A stretch of 64,000 nucleotides of DNA from Vicugna vicugna (taxonomy: Eukaryota): positions 4,078,678-4,142,677 of the forward strand of contig MU058718.1 of assembly GCA_013265495.1 (NCBI GenBank), read 5' to 3'. Below, in pieces: positions 28,655-45,036 of this stretch. Position 1 is the first letter of the stretch, and each line of letters starts with the position of its first letter. The translations under genes and the position numbers were made by a program. The notes beneath the pieces are model-generated. The model was given only the letters and a program-made list of their open reading frames with translations. It searched no databases and was not told the DNA's origin.

Positions 28655-28872
28655 GGTAGTGTAGTAGTGTTGCAAAAAGCATAGACCCTGAAGACAGAGT
28701 TCCTGGGTTTGAATGTAGACTTTGCCACTCATCTTGGGTGCCTCAGTTTCTTCATTTGTAACATGGGTGTAATAATAGTACCTGTCTTACAGAGTTGTAA
28801 CAAACATTAAATAAGCTAATGCATAAAAGAGCATGCATAGAATAACAACTTAATTAATGCTTATTGTTGTTA
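28655..28872 (+). mobile_element. MIR SINE remnant
   Basis: CCTGGGTTTGAAT...TGCCTCAGTTTCTTCATTTGTAACATGGG..TAATAATAGTACCT. Confidence 0.7.
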
Positions 28873-30383
28873 TTTGTCTAAACACTTAACAAAATTATAA
28901 GTATTTGTACAACACTCATTCTAATTACCTTATTAGGTAGCTACAATGTGTGGGTACTATACTAAAAATGAATAAAACATCTCCCCAAGCTTTAAGGAGT
29001 TCATGGGTTAGTAAAGAAGATGAACATGAACACCAGGCAAATAATTATAATGTAATAAGTGCCTAATAGAAATAGTACTATGGGTTTACTGAGGCAGGAG
29101 TAACTTAACTGTCTAGGGAAGTTAGAAAAAAATTTACATGAGTGTTGGGTACAAAGGAGTTTATTCTACTGTACTGATGTGTGGGTGTCATTTATTTGAA
29201 GAAACCAGAAAAGACAAGTGCTGAGGAACTATTATGAATTAAAAGAGACAGTAGAAACACGACAGCTAAGTACCCTGTTAACTGGATCCTAAACTGTGGG
29301 GAAAATGACCCTAAAGGACAAGACTGGGACATTAAATTGGGTATGCACTGTAAATTGGATTAGAGAACTTTACCAATGTTAAATTTCCTGAAGTTAATCA
29401 CTATACTGTAAAAGAATGTCTTTGTTCTAAGACACACTGCTGAAATATCATGGAAGTTACAATTTGAGAATAACTTGTGATATATTTGAGTTTTCCAGAT
29501 ATTTCAAAAACAATCTCAGAACCATTTAGCAATGGTTCGCCTTCCTCAGCAAGGAACTGAAAGGACTGTATGACAAACTACTCTCAGATAGTTCAGGGGG
29601 AAAATGGTGCACATACAGTCACACAGAATGATGGAGCCTATGTGGCAGAATGTTAAAAGCTAGTGACTCAGTGTATACAGGAGTTATTTGTTGCCTTTAC
29701 AACTCTTCTATACATTTGATATTATTTCAAAAGAAAAAAATTAAGTGGGAGAAAAAGGAAACAGCTAAGGAGGAGGCATTTGAACTGTATCATTGAGGCT
29801 GACTTCACCAGGTGGATACGGAGGGGCAGAGGCAGGTATGTAGAAAGCCACAGGGATGTGAAAGAGCATGATTTATCTGCAAGTAGTTCAATGTGTAATT
29901 TCTATGTCACTGTATGTTTAGAATACATTCTTTCAAATATCTATAGAGAATTAGCTTGGATATTCATTAATCTGATGTTTGTTGAGTCTTACTGCTGAAA
30001 ATTCAAGAAATGTTTAGCAAATTATTGGAGTACGTTTATGCCAAACAAAGCCATTGTTTTGTATACTCATATCACCAAAAAGCTATGCTTTAAATATCCT
30101 GAAGTTTTATTTCTCCTTGGCAGGCTGTAATTCGTGGATCTTTAGAAATTATGTGGCCATTTATATAGAAGAGTTTGAGCAGCCTTGAGACCAAGTGGAC
30201 AATAGAAATTTAGTATCTTTATACACCTAAATTGAAAAGCCATTTTCATTTTGGTAGAATCTCATTATTAGTGATACTTTGGAAATCTGGATCAACAAAA
30301 GCAATAAGAATTAAAAAAAACCTCTAATTAAGCATTTTTATGTCATCAATACCCATAGAGTAGAGCTGAAAAGAATCTTTTTG

Positions 30384-30522
30384 GTTTTGTTTGTTTTGTG
30401 GGGGGGGGGAGATAATTAGGTTTACTTATTTTAATTTTTTTTTTAATGGGGATTGAACCCAGGACCTTGTGCATGCTAAGCACGCACTCTATCACTGAGC
30501 TATATATACCTTTCCCCCACCA
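30384..30522 (-). mobile_element. tRNA-Ala-derived SINE with 15-bp TSD
   Basis: TSD AAAAGAATCTTTTTG at 30369-30383 and 30523-30537. Confidence 0.88.
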
Positions 30523-31849
30523 AAAAGAATCTTTTTGTAAGGAATCTTTTAAAACAGTAAAGTAAGTGATTTGGTAGTAATTTTCACCTTTAGAAGCTAG
30601 AATGATCAAGTGCGGTTCATTTTTCAGACTTCCTGTGGTATTTTGTCTCTTATCCCTTCATCCTTTCAATTTTTTATTTCTTAATCTAGAGATGAGGATT
30701 TTACTTCTGACAGTAGTCACTTAAGTTATTTATATTGCAAATCTTTGATAGCAAGACTTCTACATATATCTTGAAAAATATCAGATGGCTCTGTGCTCCA
30801 GAGAATAATTTCTAGACATACAAATGAAAGTTAAACAGTATCCATTTTCAGTTTTCTGCTGATGAAGGGGAACCATTGCTGAATGCTTTTCAGATTGTCC
30901 TTGGAATGTAAGGAAAATTTGTAACAAAATTTCTAGTAAGCTGGTTTAAGACCATGAAATAGACTTAAATTTTTAAAAAATTTCTGAAAGAGGTAATTGT
31001 AATTTTTTTCATATTTTCACATAAATGTGTATTTGTATCTACATAATCTCTGTATAGTGATCCACTTTTAATTCTTCTGTCAAGCAAATTAAAAAATTGG
31101 AGCATCATCCAATCTAAATTATTTATTGTAAGGTAAATTTTCTTTTTTTGAGAGTGAGATACAAGAGGAACTTTTGGATAAATGAAATAAAGCCAGAGTT
31201 GTTAGGATTAATAATACAGTTTGTAATTATAAATCTTATTTCTAAGGATTAGTGAGATAAGATACTAACTTTCATGGTTTCTTGATATTTACTAGAATAG
31301 TTAAATTTTATGTTGTACAAAATATCAGTTGACTCCTTTGTGTGATGCTGTTTGTAGAAAAGTTAATGATAGATGGAAGTGCTAAAGTTAGCATACTTCA
31401 TTTTTTTGTATTGCAAAGATATGAAAGCTTTCAGAAATCTCTAAAACCTAAGAATTTTATCATTAGAGAATATGAAATAATATGTGTGTTTATCTTATTT
31501 TCTTTATTCTTAGTTAACTAACAAATAAAAGTAACTTGTAAGCTTCATGTTTTGCATATTTTAAAGTATTTTTATATATCTGGAAAATGTCCAGATGGTT
31601 ATCATGGCTGCTTTTTCTTCTAATTGCTATAGTTATAATACTTTGATCTGTATTATATTTATGTATGTAGAAAGAGGATTGATTTGAAGGATCAAGAGGT
31701 ATACATAATTATATAAAATTATGGTTATTTTGTTAAGTATATTTAAAATTTGTTTAGGGTTTATAATGTTTGTTGCCGCTTGCTCTAATTATGAGAAAGG
31801 GAAAGAATTGAACAATGCGGGTTTAATCTTTTCTTTTGGTTTTTCTTAG

Positions 31850-31978
<129 letters not shown>

Positions 31979-32438
31979 TAATTCCAAACTGTTGAAAATA
32001 TGAATCCTTCTGAATACTTCACTTACATTTGATGCCTGATTTTCTAAAGAAATGTTATTTGTAATGACAGTTGCATTCTTGAAAGTTATACTTTTGTTTT
32101 ACATTTTTCTTTTGGTCTTTTTGTCGTTTTAAATTGGCATTGTCATATTGTTAAGGTATATTTAATAAAATTTAAAATGGTATATTTAATAATTTATATC
32201 ATTTATATAAGAAATTTAGGATTTTTAAAAAATTTTAATTCTTATGGCAATAGGAAAGAAATATAGAGCCTCTGCTACTTCTCTTTCATAATAACAAAAT
32301 TAAGGTATGTATCCTTTAGTGACAAAGTTAGTAGAAGAAAGTAAATGCTGTGTGTAAAAATCTAGTGTTTGGTTCTTTTTGTCTTGATTTGAGGTAGTTT
32401 ATACTTAAAGCAATTAAGGTCGCTTAGCCATTGAATAA

Positions 32439-33161
<723 letters not shown>

Positions 33162-33454
33162 TGAAACTCATATAATTGGTTATATAGAGCTGAGGATCTA
33201 AAACTTTTCCAAGAATGTTCAGAAACACTTGAGGCCGGTTAAAAAAAATGTATTGCCTCTAAAATATAAAAAGAATACTGCAGAATCAAAAGGAATAAAT
33301 AACTAAGTGTCTCTAAAATATAATACTGTTAACTTCATTAATTATTAATTATTCATAATTTTATATTCATGAATCTTGAATTTGAAAATAATCCTCATTT
33401 ATCAAGAAATACCATGATTGGCAGGAAGAGCAACAGTGAGAGGAGCCAAAATAA

Positions 33455-33634
<180 letters not shown>

Positions 33635-35034
33635 TAAGAAAAATATTTATTTCACTTATATTTACATTTTGTAAAAAGTTAATTGTTTTGTACCTTGCAA
33701 AGTGCGAGGTACCTAGTATGTATTCAAGTAGTTTTTGAACATCATTTATTTGGTACTAAATTTGCAGTATTCTTATTCTCTTCAAACAGCACACTTAATG
33801 AAATCCCTATTTATAGCAGAGGTCTTTTCAGATCTTAGCAATATTTATAGTGATAATCAGAAAGATCCAGTTTTAGAGGATAAACAAACTATGAATTTTA
33901 ATGAAATTTTTTTCTTTGCAATAAAATAGTACTTCCTTAAGAGACCTTTTACTTTTAAAACAGACTCTTTATTGTGGAAAATTTCAAAACCTATACAAGA
34001 ATAAATAGAAGAATGTAACAAACCCGTTTATCAGTCATCCAGCTCTAACAATTATCATGTTTCATCTGTTTCCCTACCAACTTGAACACCCTAACCCCAG
34101 GATAATTTTGAAGTAAATTTGACAACATATTTCATCTGTAAATATTTCCATTTATATTTCTGAAAGATAAGTATTCTAATTAAAAGCATAATCACCGTAT
34201 CATTTTAGACCTAAAAAAATGAATATTTCCTTTATTATGATTAATTTATAAAAGTACGTTTTGGGTTGAATTTGTCTTTTTTACTGAGCATATTAGTGGT
34301 AACTTTAAATGCTTTATAGTTTAAAATATAGTATTGGGACTTCCAAATAATTTTCATTTTACATTTTAGAACTTACTACCAGAACTTTGTCTTGACCTCT
34401 ATCCTCTATCATTATGTTGCTCTATGAAACTAAGTATACCAGACTGAGTCAGTGTAATGTTCTATTAAGATTTACTTAGTTGCCTTTCCATGTCCAAAAT
34501 AAGGAAAGCATATGTTAGACTTACATTTTAGCTGTATTTCCTATGATTGGGGAAGGGTTTTTGTGGGTTTTTTTAACTTTGATGTTTTCATCTTACCCAT
34601 TTAGTTATATTTTTTGAACACTATTTAAAATTCAGTTTGGGTCTTCTCTTTCAATTTATATTCACTTATTTAAGGAAATTTATATTTACTTTCATTTTAA
34701 TAAAATAAATATTAAGGACAGATTATTAGATAAGCTATCTCTGTTTTGTTCTTTAAAGAGGTTATACCTTTATAGATTCTTTTCTTGTATCTTTTCCATT
34801 GACCTTTACTGTGTTGGTCAGTGCTAGTTATTAAACTATTTTTTGGTAAAAGTAAAAATATAAAGCCTTAATATTGTGTAGTCAAAGGGCAATTTTTTTG
34901 TAGTATGTAATACTTTAAGGGATTCAGTATCCCAGTGTCAGTAATTGTGCTTTTCACATAGATGATAGAAAAGAAAGTTGCTTAGTTAAAATATTTTTCC
35001 TGCTGTATTTGAAATTTTTCTCATTTCTGTATAA

Positions 35035-35244
<210 letters not shown>

Positions 35245-36769
35245 TAGTTAGCACAGATGTTCTTACCTCTTAATTCAGACGTGTGTATTGTTGTCAGTTT
35301 CATAGCAGTTACATTAAACTTCCAAAATTCTTTCTATGTGAAGCTACTCTTAATTCCCTGAAGAAATTTAATTATTAAAATATACTGTGTTATTTGCATC
35401 AGATATCTCTAGCATGTGATATGTTATGCTTACAGACCAAGATAGCTATTAAGTAAAAATTATAAAATTTCCTATGAGTTTGGCTACTGTCAACCCCCCT
35501 CCCCCCTTTTTCCTTTGTGTCCTGTTACCATCATCTGGTAATCTTGGGCTTTTTTTACAGTTCATAATGTTTATGAAATATTATATCTAGTTCTTTTCCC
35601 ATTCTTCTCCCATAAGATATACAGACATTTGTTACTCTATCTAAGTCATTTCAGTAATTTCTAAAAATGTATTTGATAATGGCGTCTGCCAGTTGTTAGG
35701 TTCTTCTGTGTGCCTAAGTGCTTTGTCTTTTTTATCTCGTCCTCACTATGCGATTACTGTTTCTACTTTGTACAAGAGAAAATTGAAACTTAGCAGGATA
35801 AACTAATTTGAGATAAGTCATATAAAGGGAGTGGCAGGATTCAAACCCATAACTGACTTCCTAAGCCAATGTTTGTTTGTTTTACCACTGAGCATTGAAA
35901 ATTAGAAGCTCCTTTGATTAGCTTATTTGTAGTCCAAGTGAAAACCAAAGTATGATCTACCCTTTTCCATGGGAAACCTGAGATACCTTATTAATTGTAT
36001 GTGATCTAAATATTTTTTCTTTGTAAATGTTAAGGTTCCTTGTTTAATGCTGACCAATAAATTGTAATTTTTGCAGTAAGTATAATAATTATTTTCCAGG
36101 ATAATTGCCACAAATAAATGCAGTTTTAGAGGAATGATAGTGCTCCCAGCAGTGTCTCTCAGCCAAAACTTGTGATATGTCATTCTTTGTATCAGGAGAT
36201 GAGAGTATATACCGATGAGCAATAGAGAAGTTACTACCTTTTTTTTCCACTAGCTATGATGCACTTGTACTAACCCACACTCAAATTAGGCTCCTTGATA
36301 TGAAACACACATTTATGAGATTGCTATAATACAAGGGCAGAATATAATCTTAGGCTCTCAGTCATGTATGTAAGTGTCCAAGTGGCTTAGGAAAATACAC
36401 CCCTGTAAAATTTTAGGAATAGCTAAGATTAGGTTAGAGTAATTAGGGAAAGCATTTTGGAAGAGGTAAAAATCTGAAATTGTCCTCAAAGGATGCATAG
36501 AATTTAGATAGGCAAAAAGGTGATTGTTGGCATTCAGGATCATGGGAAATAGTATGAACAAAGGCAAGGAGGCGCAAATGAGAATAGTGTGCAGAGGAAA
36601 TAGATAAGAAAATTGACTCGAGGAATGAAGTCATTGTATTACAAGTAGTAGTAGATGAAATTAACTATATGGAATGGGTGGAGTGACAGTGGCCTTGGAA
36701 TCCAAGCCAAGGTATTAAACTTGTCCTCTAAGCATTAAGCACTTACAGCAATGATAGTAATTTTTATAA

Positions 36770-38030
36770 TGATAGTAACTTTTTCCAACATTGTATTACA
36801 AAATTTTTAAGAAAGCAAAGTTTAAAGAATTTTACAGTGAACACCCATAAATCTACCACATAGATATGCTGTTAACATTTTGCTATTCTTATTTTATTAC
36901 AGATCTATTGATTTATCATTCTTCTGTTGGTCCATTAACCATCTAATCTGGGGGACGTATTTCAAAGTACAGTTCTTTAAATACTTGCAGTTTGTGTGTC
37001 TTTAACAGTTTGGTATCTGTTCGTTGTTCTTTTGTTCTAAAATGTGTCTACAGTGAAACACACATCTTAAGTGTACTTTGATTGAATTTTAACAAATACA
37101 TCTCTATGATCCAAACTCCTTTCAAGATATAAAATGTTACCATCACGCCAGAAAGTTGCCTCATGCCCATTCTAATTAATCAGTTTTCGTTCTCATTGCC
37201 CAATACAATATTCATCTTCCTACATAGATTAGTTTTACCTGTTTTAGAATTTCATCTAAATGGGTTCATATACTATATACTCTTTTGTGTCTCGTTTCTT
37301 TCACTCAGCATGCTCTTGAGCATGTGTTGCTTATATCAGTAGTTCTGTTTTATTGCTGAGGTGGTGTTCTATTATATGAATATAGCACAGATTGTTTATT
37401 CACTTTCCCAGTCAAGGACACCTGAGTTCTTTTCAGTTTTTAATTATTATCAGTAAAGCTGCTGTGAACTTTATTAAGTCTTTCATGAATGTGTTTTTTT
37501 GTGTATCTTGGGTAAATAACTCAGAGTGGGATGGCAGGGTCATAGAGTAGAGGTATGTTCAATTTTATAAGAAACTGCCAAATCTTTTCCCAAAGTAATT
37601 ATAGTATATTACACACTCACCAACAATGTGTGAGAGAGTTCCAGTTGTTCTTATCCTTACCAACATTTAGTGATGTCAATCTTATGTCTTAGCCAAACAG
37701 ATGGGATATAGTGGTATCTCTTTATGGTTTTAATTTGTATTTATCTGATGACTAATGATGCTGAGAGCTTTTTATTGTCTCTTATTAGCTATCCATACTT
37801 ATTTTGTCAAGAATCTGTTAAAATCTTCTGCCTATTTTTTATTGAGTTGTCTGTCTTTTTTATTACTGTGTTATAGTGTTAATATTGAGTAGGATTGCAT
37901 GCCAGTCATTTGTCAGATAAATGCACATATTTTCTCCCAGTCTGTGACTTGACTATTACTTTTCTTAATAACGTCTTTTGATGAATAGATTTTGCTGAAA
38001 TGTAGTTATGAGGTTTTTTTCCTTTTACGT
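36770..38030 (-). mobile_element. Old L1M fragment
   Basis: Degenerate antisense L1 ORF2-end/3'UTR motifs (AGAAACTGCCAAA, GTGGTATCTC..TGGTTTTAATTTGTATTT). Confidence 0.65.
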
Positions 38031-39003
38031 GATAATAATTTTAAAATTACATTGATTTTGTAGAAACTAGGAAGTAGAGAAAATGGAAGCAGAGTTATTT
38101 GAAAACTAGTATTAGCCTAGAAGCTAACAATTTTGTGATCTCTTGAAATAATCTCTAAGTTTCTGAGCTGACTGGGCACTTAAGGTTGTTTTATTACATA
38201 TAGCACTGGGAATTTAAAGTATTTTCTTAGTCTGGGAGAAAAACTATTGTCTGACAGCGGGGTGGGGCAGGAGGAGTTTCTAACCTAGAAATAGTCATTT
38301 GTTGAAATAATGAAGGAAAAAATGCTAATGTAATTAATTTACACTATCTATAAGTCTCTTTGGTGGAGAATGAAATGTTATATTTGTGTAGATTGCTTAA
38401 ATCTCTATTTGCTCAATCAATATTTGTATAGATTGCTAAGGTTATAAGTAACTACTTTGGAGGTACTGCAAAACAAAACAGCTCTCTGTCAGAAATATTT
38501 TTACCTTTTGAAATAAAAGAATGTGGACTTTCCTGTAAATTACACAGAAGTTTGATGATAGCACTTGAATTTGAACCAAACACACTAAATCTTAGTTGGT
38601 TTTCCATTTTTTGTGGAAAATATATCAAATTTTAGATCTTTTAAAAAATTGTTTTACAATTTGAGAACTTTAAAGTAGCTTTTGTACTGTATAGAGTATG
38701 AATTTTCTACATATGAATAAAGAAAAAGTACTTTTCTTGAGCATAAATGGGTAAGTGCAGAAGCCATGATTTTTATGTTTACAAATTTTTTTGAAAGAAT
38801 AAGTTTTAAATAATAAACAATTTGGAGACCTACAGTATTCATATTATTAAAACACTTAAGGTATTAATTAAATTCAAATTAGAGACTACTGAGTGTTATA
38901 TTGGGCCTTGTATAGAAATGTATCACCATGGCATTAGAGAATTGAAAGAAGTATAACTAAATGCTTGAGTTTCACTCAAATGTGTTTCTTTCCATTTTGT
39001 CAG

Positions 39004-39107
39004 GATCTTAAATGTGTTTCGGCACTGGGTTGAACACCATTTTTATGACTTTGAAAGAGATTTGGAGTTGCTTGAAAGACTAGAATCCTTCATTTCAAGT
39101 GTAAGAG
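39004..39107 (+). CDS. SOS2: SOS2 exon 13 (REM)
   Basis: cag|GATCTTA...AAGAG|gtatat, 104 nt; [34 protein letters not shown]. Confidence 0.96.
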
Positions 39108-40620
39108 GTATATTATTTAAAGGTTTGATCGAGTCTTCTGTTGCACATGAGTTCTTTTTTAAATCTGGATGACTTTTAAGAAGCTAAACTAGTCTTCATT
39201 TTTACAAAGCAGAAATAACATTTGGAATAATTTTTATAGACTTTAAGGAGCTTACATACATTTAGAACCAACTGAAGTCTTAGAACCTTGCCTTTTCAAG
39301 GTTTTATGGAAATCTTTTTTTTTAAGAAATCAGAAGTCCTCTTTAATAAATTTAAGCCTTTTAATTTTATCTCATGGTGCCATTCCTTTAACTAATTAAA
39401 TATTTTTGTAATTTTATCACTTTTCTTATCCTCCTTAATATTATTGTTTAGTTTTGAATGGTTAACAGCTTCTTAAATAATATTTACTTCCCTGGAAAGT
39501 TTCTGGTATATTTTTGGCACCTGAAAGGTAAGAGTTTACTACATGAAGTTTTAGAACACAGCCCATGAAATGGAACTAGGCACTGAACATTAAACAAATG
39601 AATGTGTCATCAAATGTGTGTTGTCAAATAAGAAAATTCATGTTTTCTCTGATAGTACAAGGCATTAGTTAAGAGTACCATAATTATGGATAGCTTATTT
39701 TATCTCCTACTTATCCTTTAAGGAGAATTTTACTTAAAATAATGTGATTCCTTTGTTTCAATTCTGAAATGTTTAGAACACATTCTTACCATGTGTGCTT
39801 TAAAATTATTTGTAAAGCTAAGTTAATTTTTAAATAATGTTCTTAATGAGGACATTAGATTATATATAATCCAAGAAGCTTCTAAAATACATACACATAT
39901 TATAATAAAGCAAGTAAATTATTTTGTTTACGGGCCTTTCCTTTACAAGGTAACTAAATAGTTGACAAAGGAAAGTTTTTATAGGAGTATTGCAACTAAT
40001 TCGTGAAGAATGATAGAAATGGAATATTACCATTTCCAACTCCAGTTTACATAACAAAAAGAGAGACATTATATTCCTTCTGTTGGAAATATTCTTGCAA
40101 ATATTCATGCCCAAAGTTTGTCCGGACCAGATCAAATCTCTATGTGCTGACTTAGAGAAAATACAGGAACAGAGAAACATAGCAAATGACATTACAGGGA
40201 CAGTATTGGCAAAATTCATACTTGGGAAACACCACAAGTGATTTAATTTCAACAAATAAATTGCAAGCAAAAATGAGAGATAAAGGGGAAACTGTAGAAT
40301 AAAGGAGACTTGAGACATATTGACTCAATGCAATTTGTAGATTTTGTTCAGATCCCATTAAAAACAAAAAATGTAAAAAAATACATGAGTCAGGGAAATT
40401 TGTATACTAAGTAGGTATTTGATGATAGTAAGAAGTTATTGTCATTTTTATATATGATATTGATATTATGGTGATTTTCCAAAGTCTTTAACTTTTAGAT
40501 ACATACTTAAATATGAGTGAAATGATACGGTATCTGAGATTTGCTTGGAAATAACAGGTAGTATGGAGGGAGGTTAGATGAAATAAAAAGTGGCCATGAG
40601 TTGATAATTGTTGAAAGTAG

Positions 40621-40923
<303 letters not shown>

Positions 40924-42379
40924 TAAACAATTAATGTTAATTTGCTGCTCTGTTTTTAAAACCTTGAATACCTGTCTATTTTTGGAACATTTTGAAAAAT
41001 TTTCATCAGTGTTTAAAAATACCTCATCTATTCTTGTGCACTGGGAAGAAAGCTCATAGCACAGTTTTTAACTGCAGCCTGTTCTGCAGCTGGAAGTCTT
41101 ACTGCTCTTTAGACCTAAATTAGGTACTAGCAATCCTTCACAAGCAGGCTGGCAAGAGAAGACTAATGCAGTAGAATAGCAGCCACTTTCAAGGCAGTCA
41201 CTTGACTCCTATTCCTAACTTTATCAGATTTCTTTAGTTTGAGTTGGTTCAGTAAGACAGTATGAATAGTAGGCTCTGGGCAGCTAAGAAAGTAGAATAT
41301 TGAGTGAAATAAGCTTTCTTTTTTTTCAAATGCTATGTAATCAGAATTTTAATTTGGGGTTTGACTGGGTTAGGTTTGCAAGGCAAATGAATAACAATTC
41401 TTAGAGAAATAAAGATTTCTTCAACTTCTTTTATGGAGCCTCAAATACTTCAGCTATTTGAAGTCAATATTCACTTTAAAGAGAAATATATTTTTGAAGT
41501 AGTGTGATGACAAAGCATTTTCTTTTGTTTATAAGGATCACTAGAAACATGCTTGGCTATTTATTTGTATCCATATCCCATCATTTATCTTTATATATAG
41601 AGCAACTCCTGCCATCACCCTGTATCCACACAGATCACCCAACCTAACCTTTTAGTTTCATGGTTTCATCAATTCCAGTGTCATTCACTACTCAAATCAC
41701 ACATCTCCCATGGTCATACTCTGAATCTTGTCATCAGTCCGTATCTACTTATTCCAAAATTAATAACTCACACATCTCATTCCTTCCTAACCACAGTCGT
41801 GTCTCCTTTCAGCTTGCTTTATCAACTTCCTCCTCTGTGACTTTTTAACCACTATCCTTTCCCAGTGCATTAGCCCCTCTCTGTCCTCTCCTCCCTCCTA
41901 ATTTGAGCTTTCTTCTTTCATTTACAACTCAGTCTCCTGTGAAAAGTAGAGGCCTTGAAAAAAAAAAAATGGACAGAAAGTACAGGCTTTGCAGGTAACC
42001 CCTAACCCCGGTCAAAAAATAAACCCTATACCACTATCATTCCATCAAAAACTTTTCTGTATTGAGGAGTCCCTTTTAAAATACAAATACCCTTAAGAAG
42101 TTTTCCCGATTAGCAGCTTCTCCCCCCTCCACCGCCCACTGAGACTTCACAGGGAAAAGCAAGAATATATAAAGTTTAAAGCTAATGGAGAATAAAACTT
42201 TACCACTTTTAGTATTGGGTTTCTAGTTTGCCCTGGCTGTGCTATTCAGAATTTAGGGGTTCACACATTAGGAGTTGTCAGCATCTGATTCAGGGTGTCA
42301 TGTTATATTTTAAATAATTTGGAGTTCAGGTGGTTTTTGTTTATATTGTGGGATTTTTTTTCAAAAGAAAGAACAGTTG

Positions 42380-42835
42380 CTTTAATAGAAGAGCAGTTAA
42401 TCTACAATATTAGTTTCTGGTGTGTACATTAAAGTAATTCAATATTTTTATAGATATTTTTTCACAGTTATAAAATGCTGGCTATATTCACTGTGCTGTA
42501 CAATATATCTTTGTAGATTATTGTAGATCTTTGTAAATTTATTTTGTATGTAGTACTTTGTACCTCTTAATCCTCTACAACTGTGTCCCTACCCCCTTCT
42601 CTTTCCCCCCTGGTAACCACTAGTTTGTTCTCTATAACTGTGGGTCTTTTTCTGTTTTGCTGTATTCATTTGTTTGTTTTATTTTTTAGATTCCATATGT
42701 AAGTGATTACATGCAGTATTTGTCTTTATCTGTATGACTTATTTCACTTCACTTAGCATAATATCCTGGAGGTTCATTCATGTTGTTGCAAATGGCAGAA
42801 TTTCATTCTTTTTTATGGCTGAGTAATAATTCTGT

Positions 42836-42871
<36 letters not shown>

Positions 42872-42930
42872 CTCACATATTCTTTATCTATTCATCTATT
42901 GATGGACACCCAAGTTGCTTCTGTACTGTG
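42380..42930 (-). mobile_element. L1 3' fragment
   Basis: Colinear with the 14055-14615 copy. Confidence 0.8.
42836..42869. repeat. (TG)11(TA)6 compound microsatellite
   Basis: Direct reading. Confidence 0.9.
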
Positions 42931-43211
42931 GAATTTGTGATAAGTAGGAATGAAGGGACTCATTATTTGAGATAACAAAGCAAATAGTACTAAATCGAGT
43001 TTTTCCTCATAGTGTTACATGAATGGACATCAGGGGGAAGAAAGCACTTAGCTCTTTGTGGACCTACTTTCAGAATATAGAAATACCTTTGTTAAGCGAT
43101 ATGTGTATTAAGGAAGAAGGGTACCGAACATAAAACATTAAGATTCTTTGTATATGAAATTTCTGGTGAAATAAAAGAACCATTTAAGAAAACCTTTCTA
43201 AAACTGTTCCA

Positions 43212-43391
43212 AGTACCCATTTGTACTTAAATCTACTGAACTTTTTAATTATTATTAGTACCCATTTGTACTTAAATCTACTGAACTTTTTAATTATTAT
43301 TAGTACCCATTTGTACTTAAATCTACTGAACTTTTTAATTATTATTAGTACCCATTTGTACTTAAATCTACTGAACTTTTTAATTATTATT
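43212..43391. repeat. Perfect 4 x 45-bp tandem repeat (minisatellite)
   Basis: Unit AGTACCCATTTGTACTTAAATCTACTGAACTTTTTAATTATTATT starts at 43212, 43257, 43302 and 43347; copies identical. Confidence 0.95.
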
Positions 43392-44394
43392 AATAGCCAT
43401 GTCTGTAGGACGTTGATGGCAATGCCATTGGTCAATTTTTTAAAATTATGTAATTCTGAATTACTGTGTACAGTGATTTAATCTCCTCATCCATTTTTTA
43501 TTAAGTATTTCAGGTATTCAAAAAATGTAGAAAATAACACAATGAGGGTTCATGAACAAAAAAAGCATTACAAATAAAATTGAAACCCTTTGTGTAATTA
43601 TTTCCACTCCTATTCCCTCTTCTTTCTCCCAAAGAATAACCACTATCTTATATTTGGTATTTACTATTCCTATGTATGTCTTTATAATTTATACACATAC
43701 ACACATTCATAAACAATATGTAGCATTATTTTGCACTTTTAAAGCTGTTTATATTTACATATCATTCTGCAACTTGTGTTTTACTTAAATTGTTTCTGGC
43801 ATTTGTTCAAGTTGATGAATATAGCTCTGGTTTGCTATTTCTGTATGGTATTTCATTGTATGAATATTCCATAATTTGTCCAATTTCTTGATGTTCAGCC
43901 TTTAGGTTGTTTGGGATTTTTCTTTCTTGCAAACATGCTTGACTGAACATTCTTATAAATGTTTTCTTATAACCTACTGTATCTAGAATATATACTTAGG
44001 CATAGAGGTGATCTAGTTTGTGTGTCTTCAGTATTATGATACTTTACCAAATTATTTTAAAAGAGGTTGTATCAGTTTTTACTTGCACATCAGTGTTGGA
44101 GAGTTCCCTTTTTTTTTTTTCACATTTATACCCATTTGGTATTATTATACTTTTGTTAGTCTAATAGGTATAAAATGGGTTTTTATTGTGGTTTAATGTT
44201 CTTTTCCCTGGGTAAGAGATAAAGTATTTTTTCATGTTTATGCCTATTCAGTTCTGTTCCTTTGTAAATTATATGCTTGTATGTTTGTCCATTAATTTTT
44301 TTTGGATTAATAGTCTTTTTATTATTAAGTTTTAGGAGACCTTTAAATAATTTTGATACTAATCCTTTGTAGGTTAAGTTGCATTGATTTTTGA

Positions 44395-44523
<129 letters not shown>

Positions 44524-44554
44524 TAAGTTCTTACTTAACTTTTTCTTATTACTA

Positions 44555-44708
44555 CTTTTTTTCATATTTTAAATTATTTATTTTAGTTTGTTGGTGAGAG
44601 AGGTAATTAGGTTTTTACTTATTTATTTTTAATTGAGGTACTGGAGATTGAACCCAGGACCTTGGGCATGCTAGACACGCAGTCTACCACTGAGCTATGC
44701 CTTCCCCT
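44555..44708 (-). mobile_element. tRNA-Ala-derived SINE in the 321-nt intron 15
   Basis: GAGGTACTGGAGATTGAACCCAGG...CTACCACTGAGCTATG. Confidence 0.85.
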
Positions 44709-44823
44709 GCTTCTTAATATCTATATTGTACTTCTAAAATATTAAGTCATACATAAGTAAAATTTTGGCTGAAAATATATTTCTTTTTTATGTGAAACAG
44801 AGGAACTGCTTTCCAAGTCTTGA

Positions 44824-45036
<213 letters not shown>

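Noticed and set aside
39860..40620. 152-aa minus-strand ORF in intron 13
   Set aside because: Hydrophobic low-information translation of an old L1M-like remnant; no splice or homology support
43184..43481. Repetitive ORFs and a CRISPR-like appearance
   Set aside because: Translation of a 45-bp tandem repeat; units are contiguous with no unique spacers, and the context is a mammalian intron
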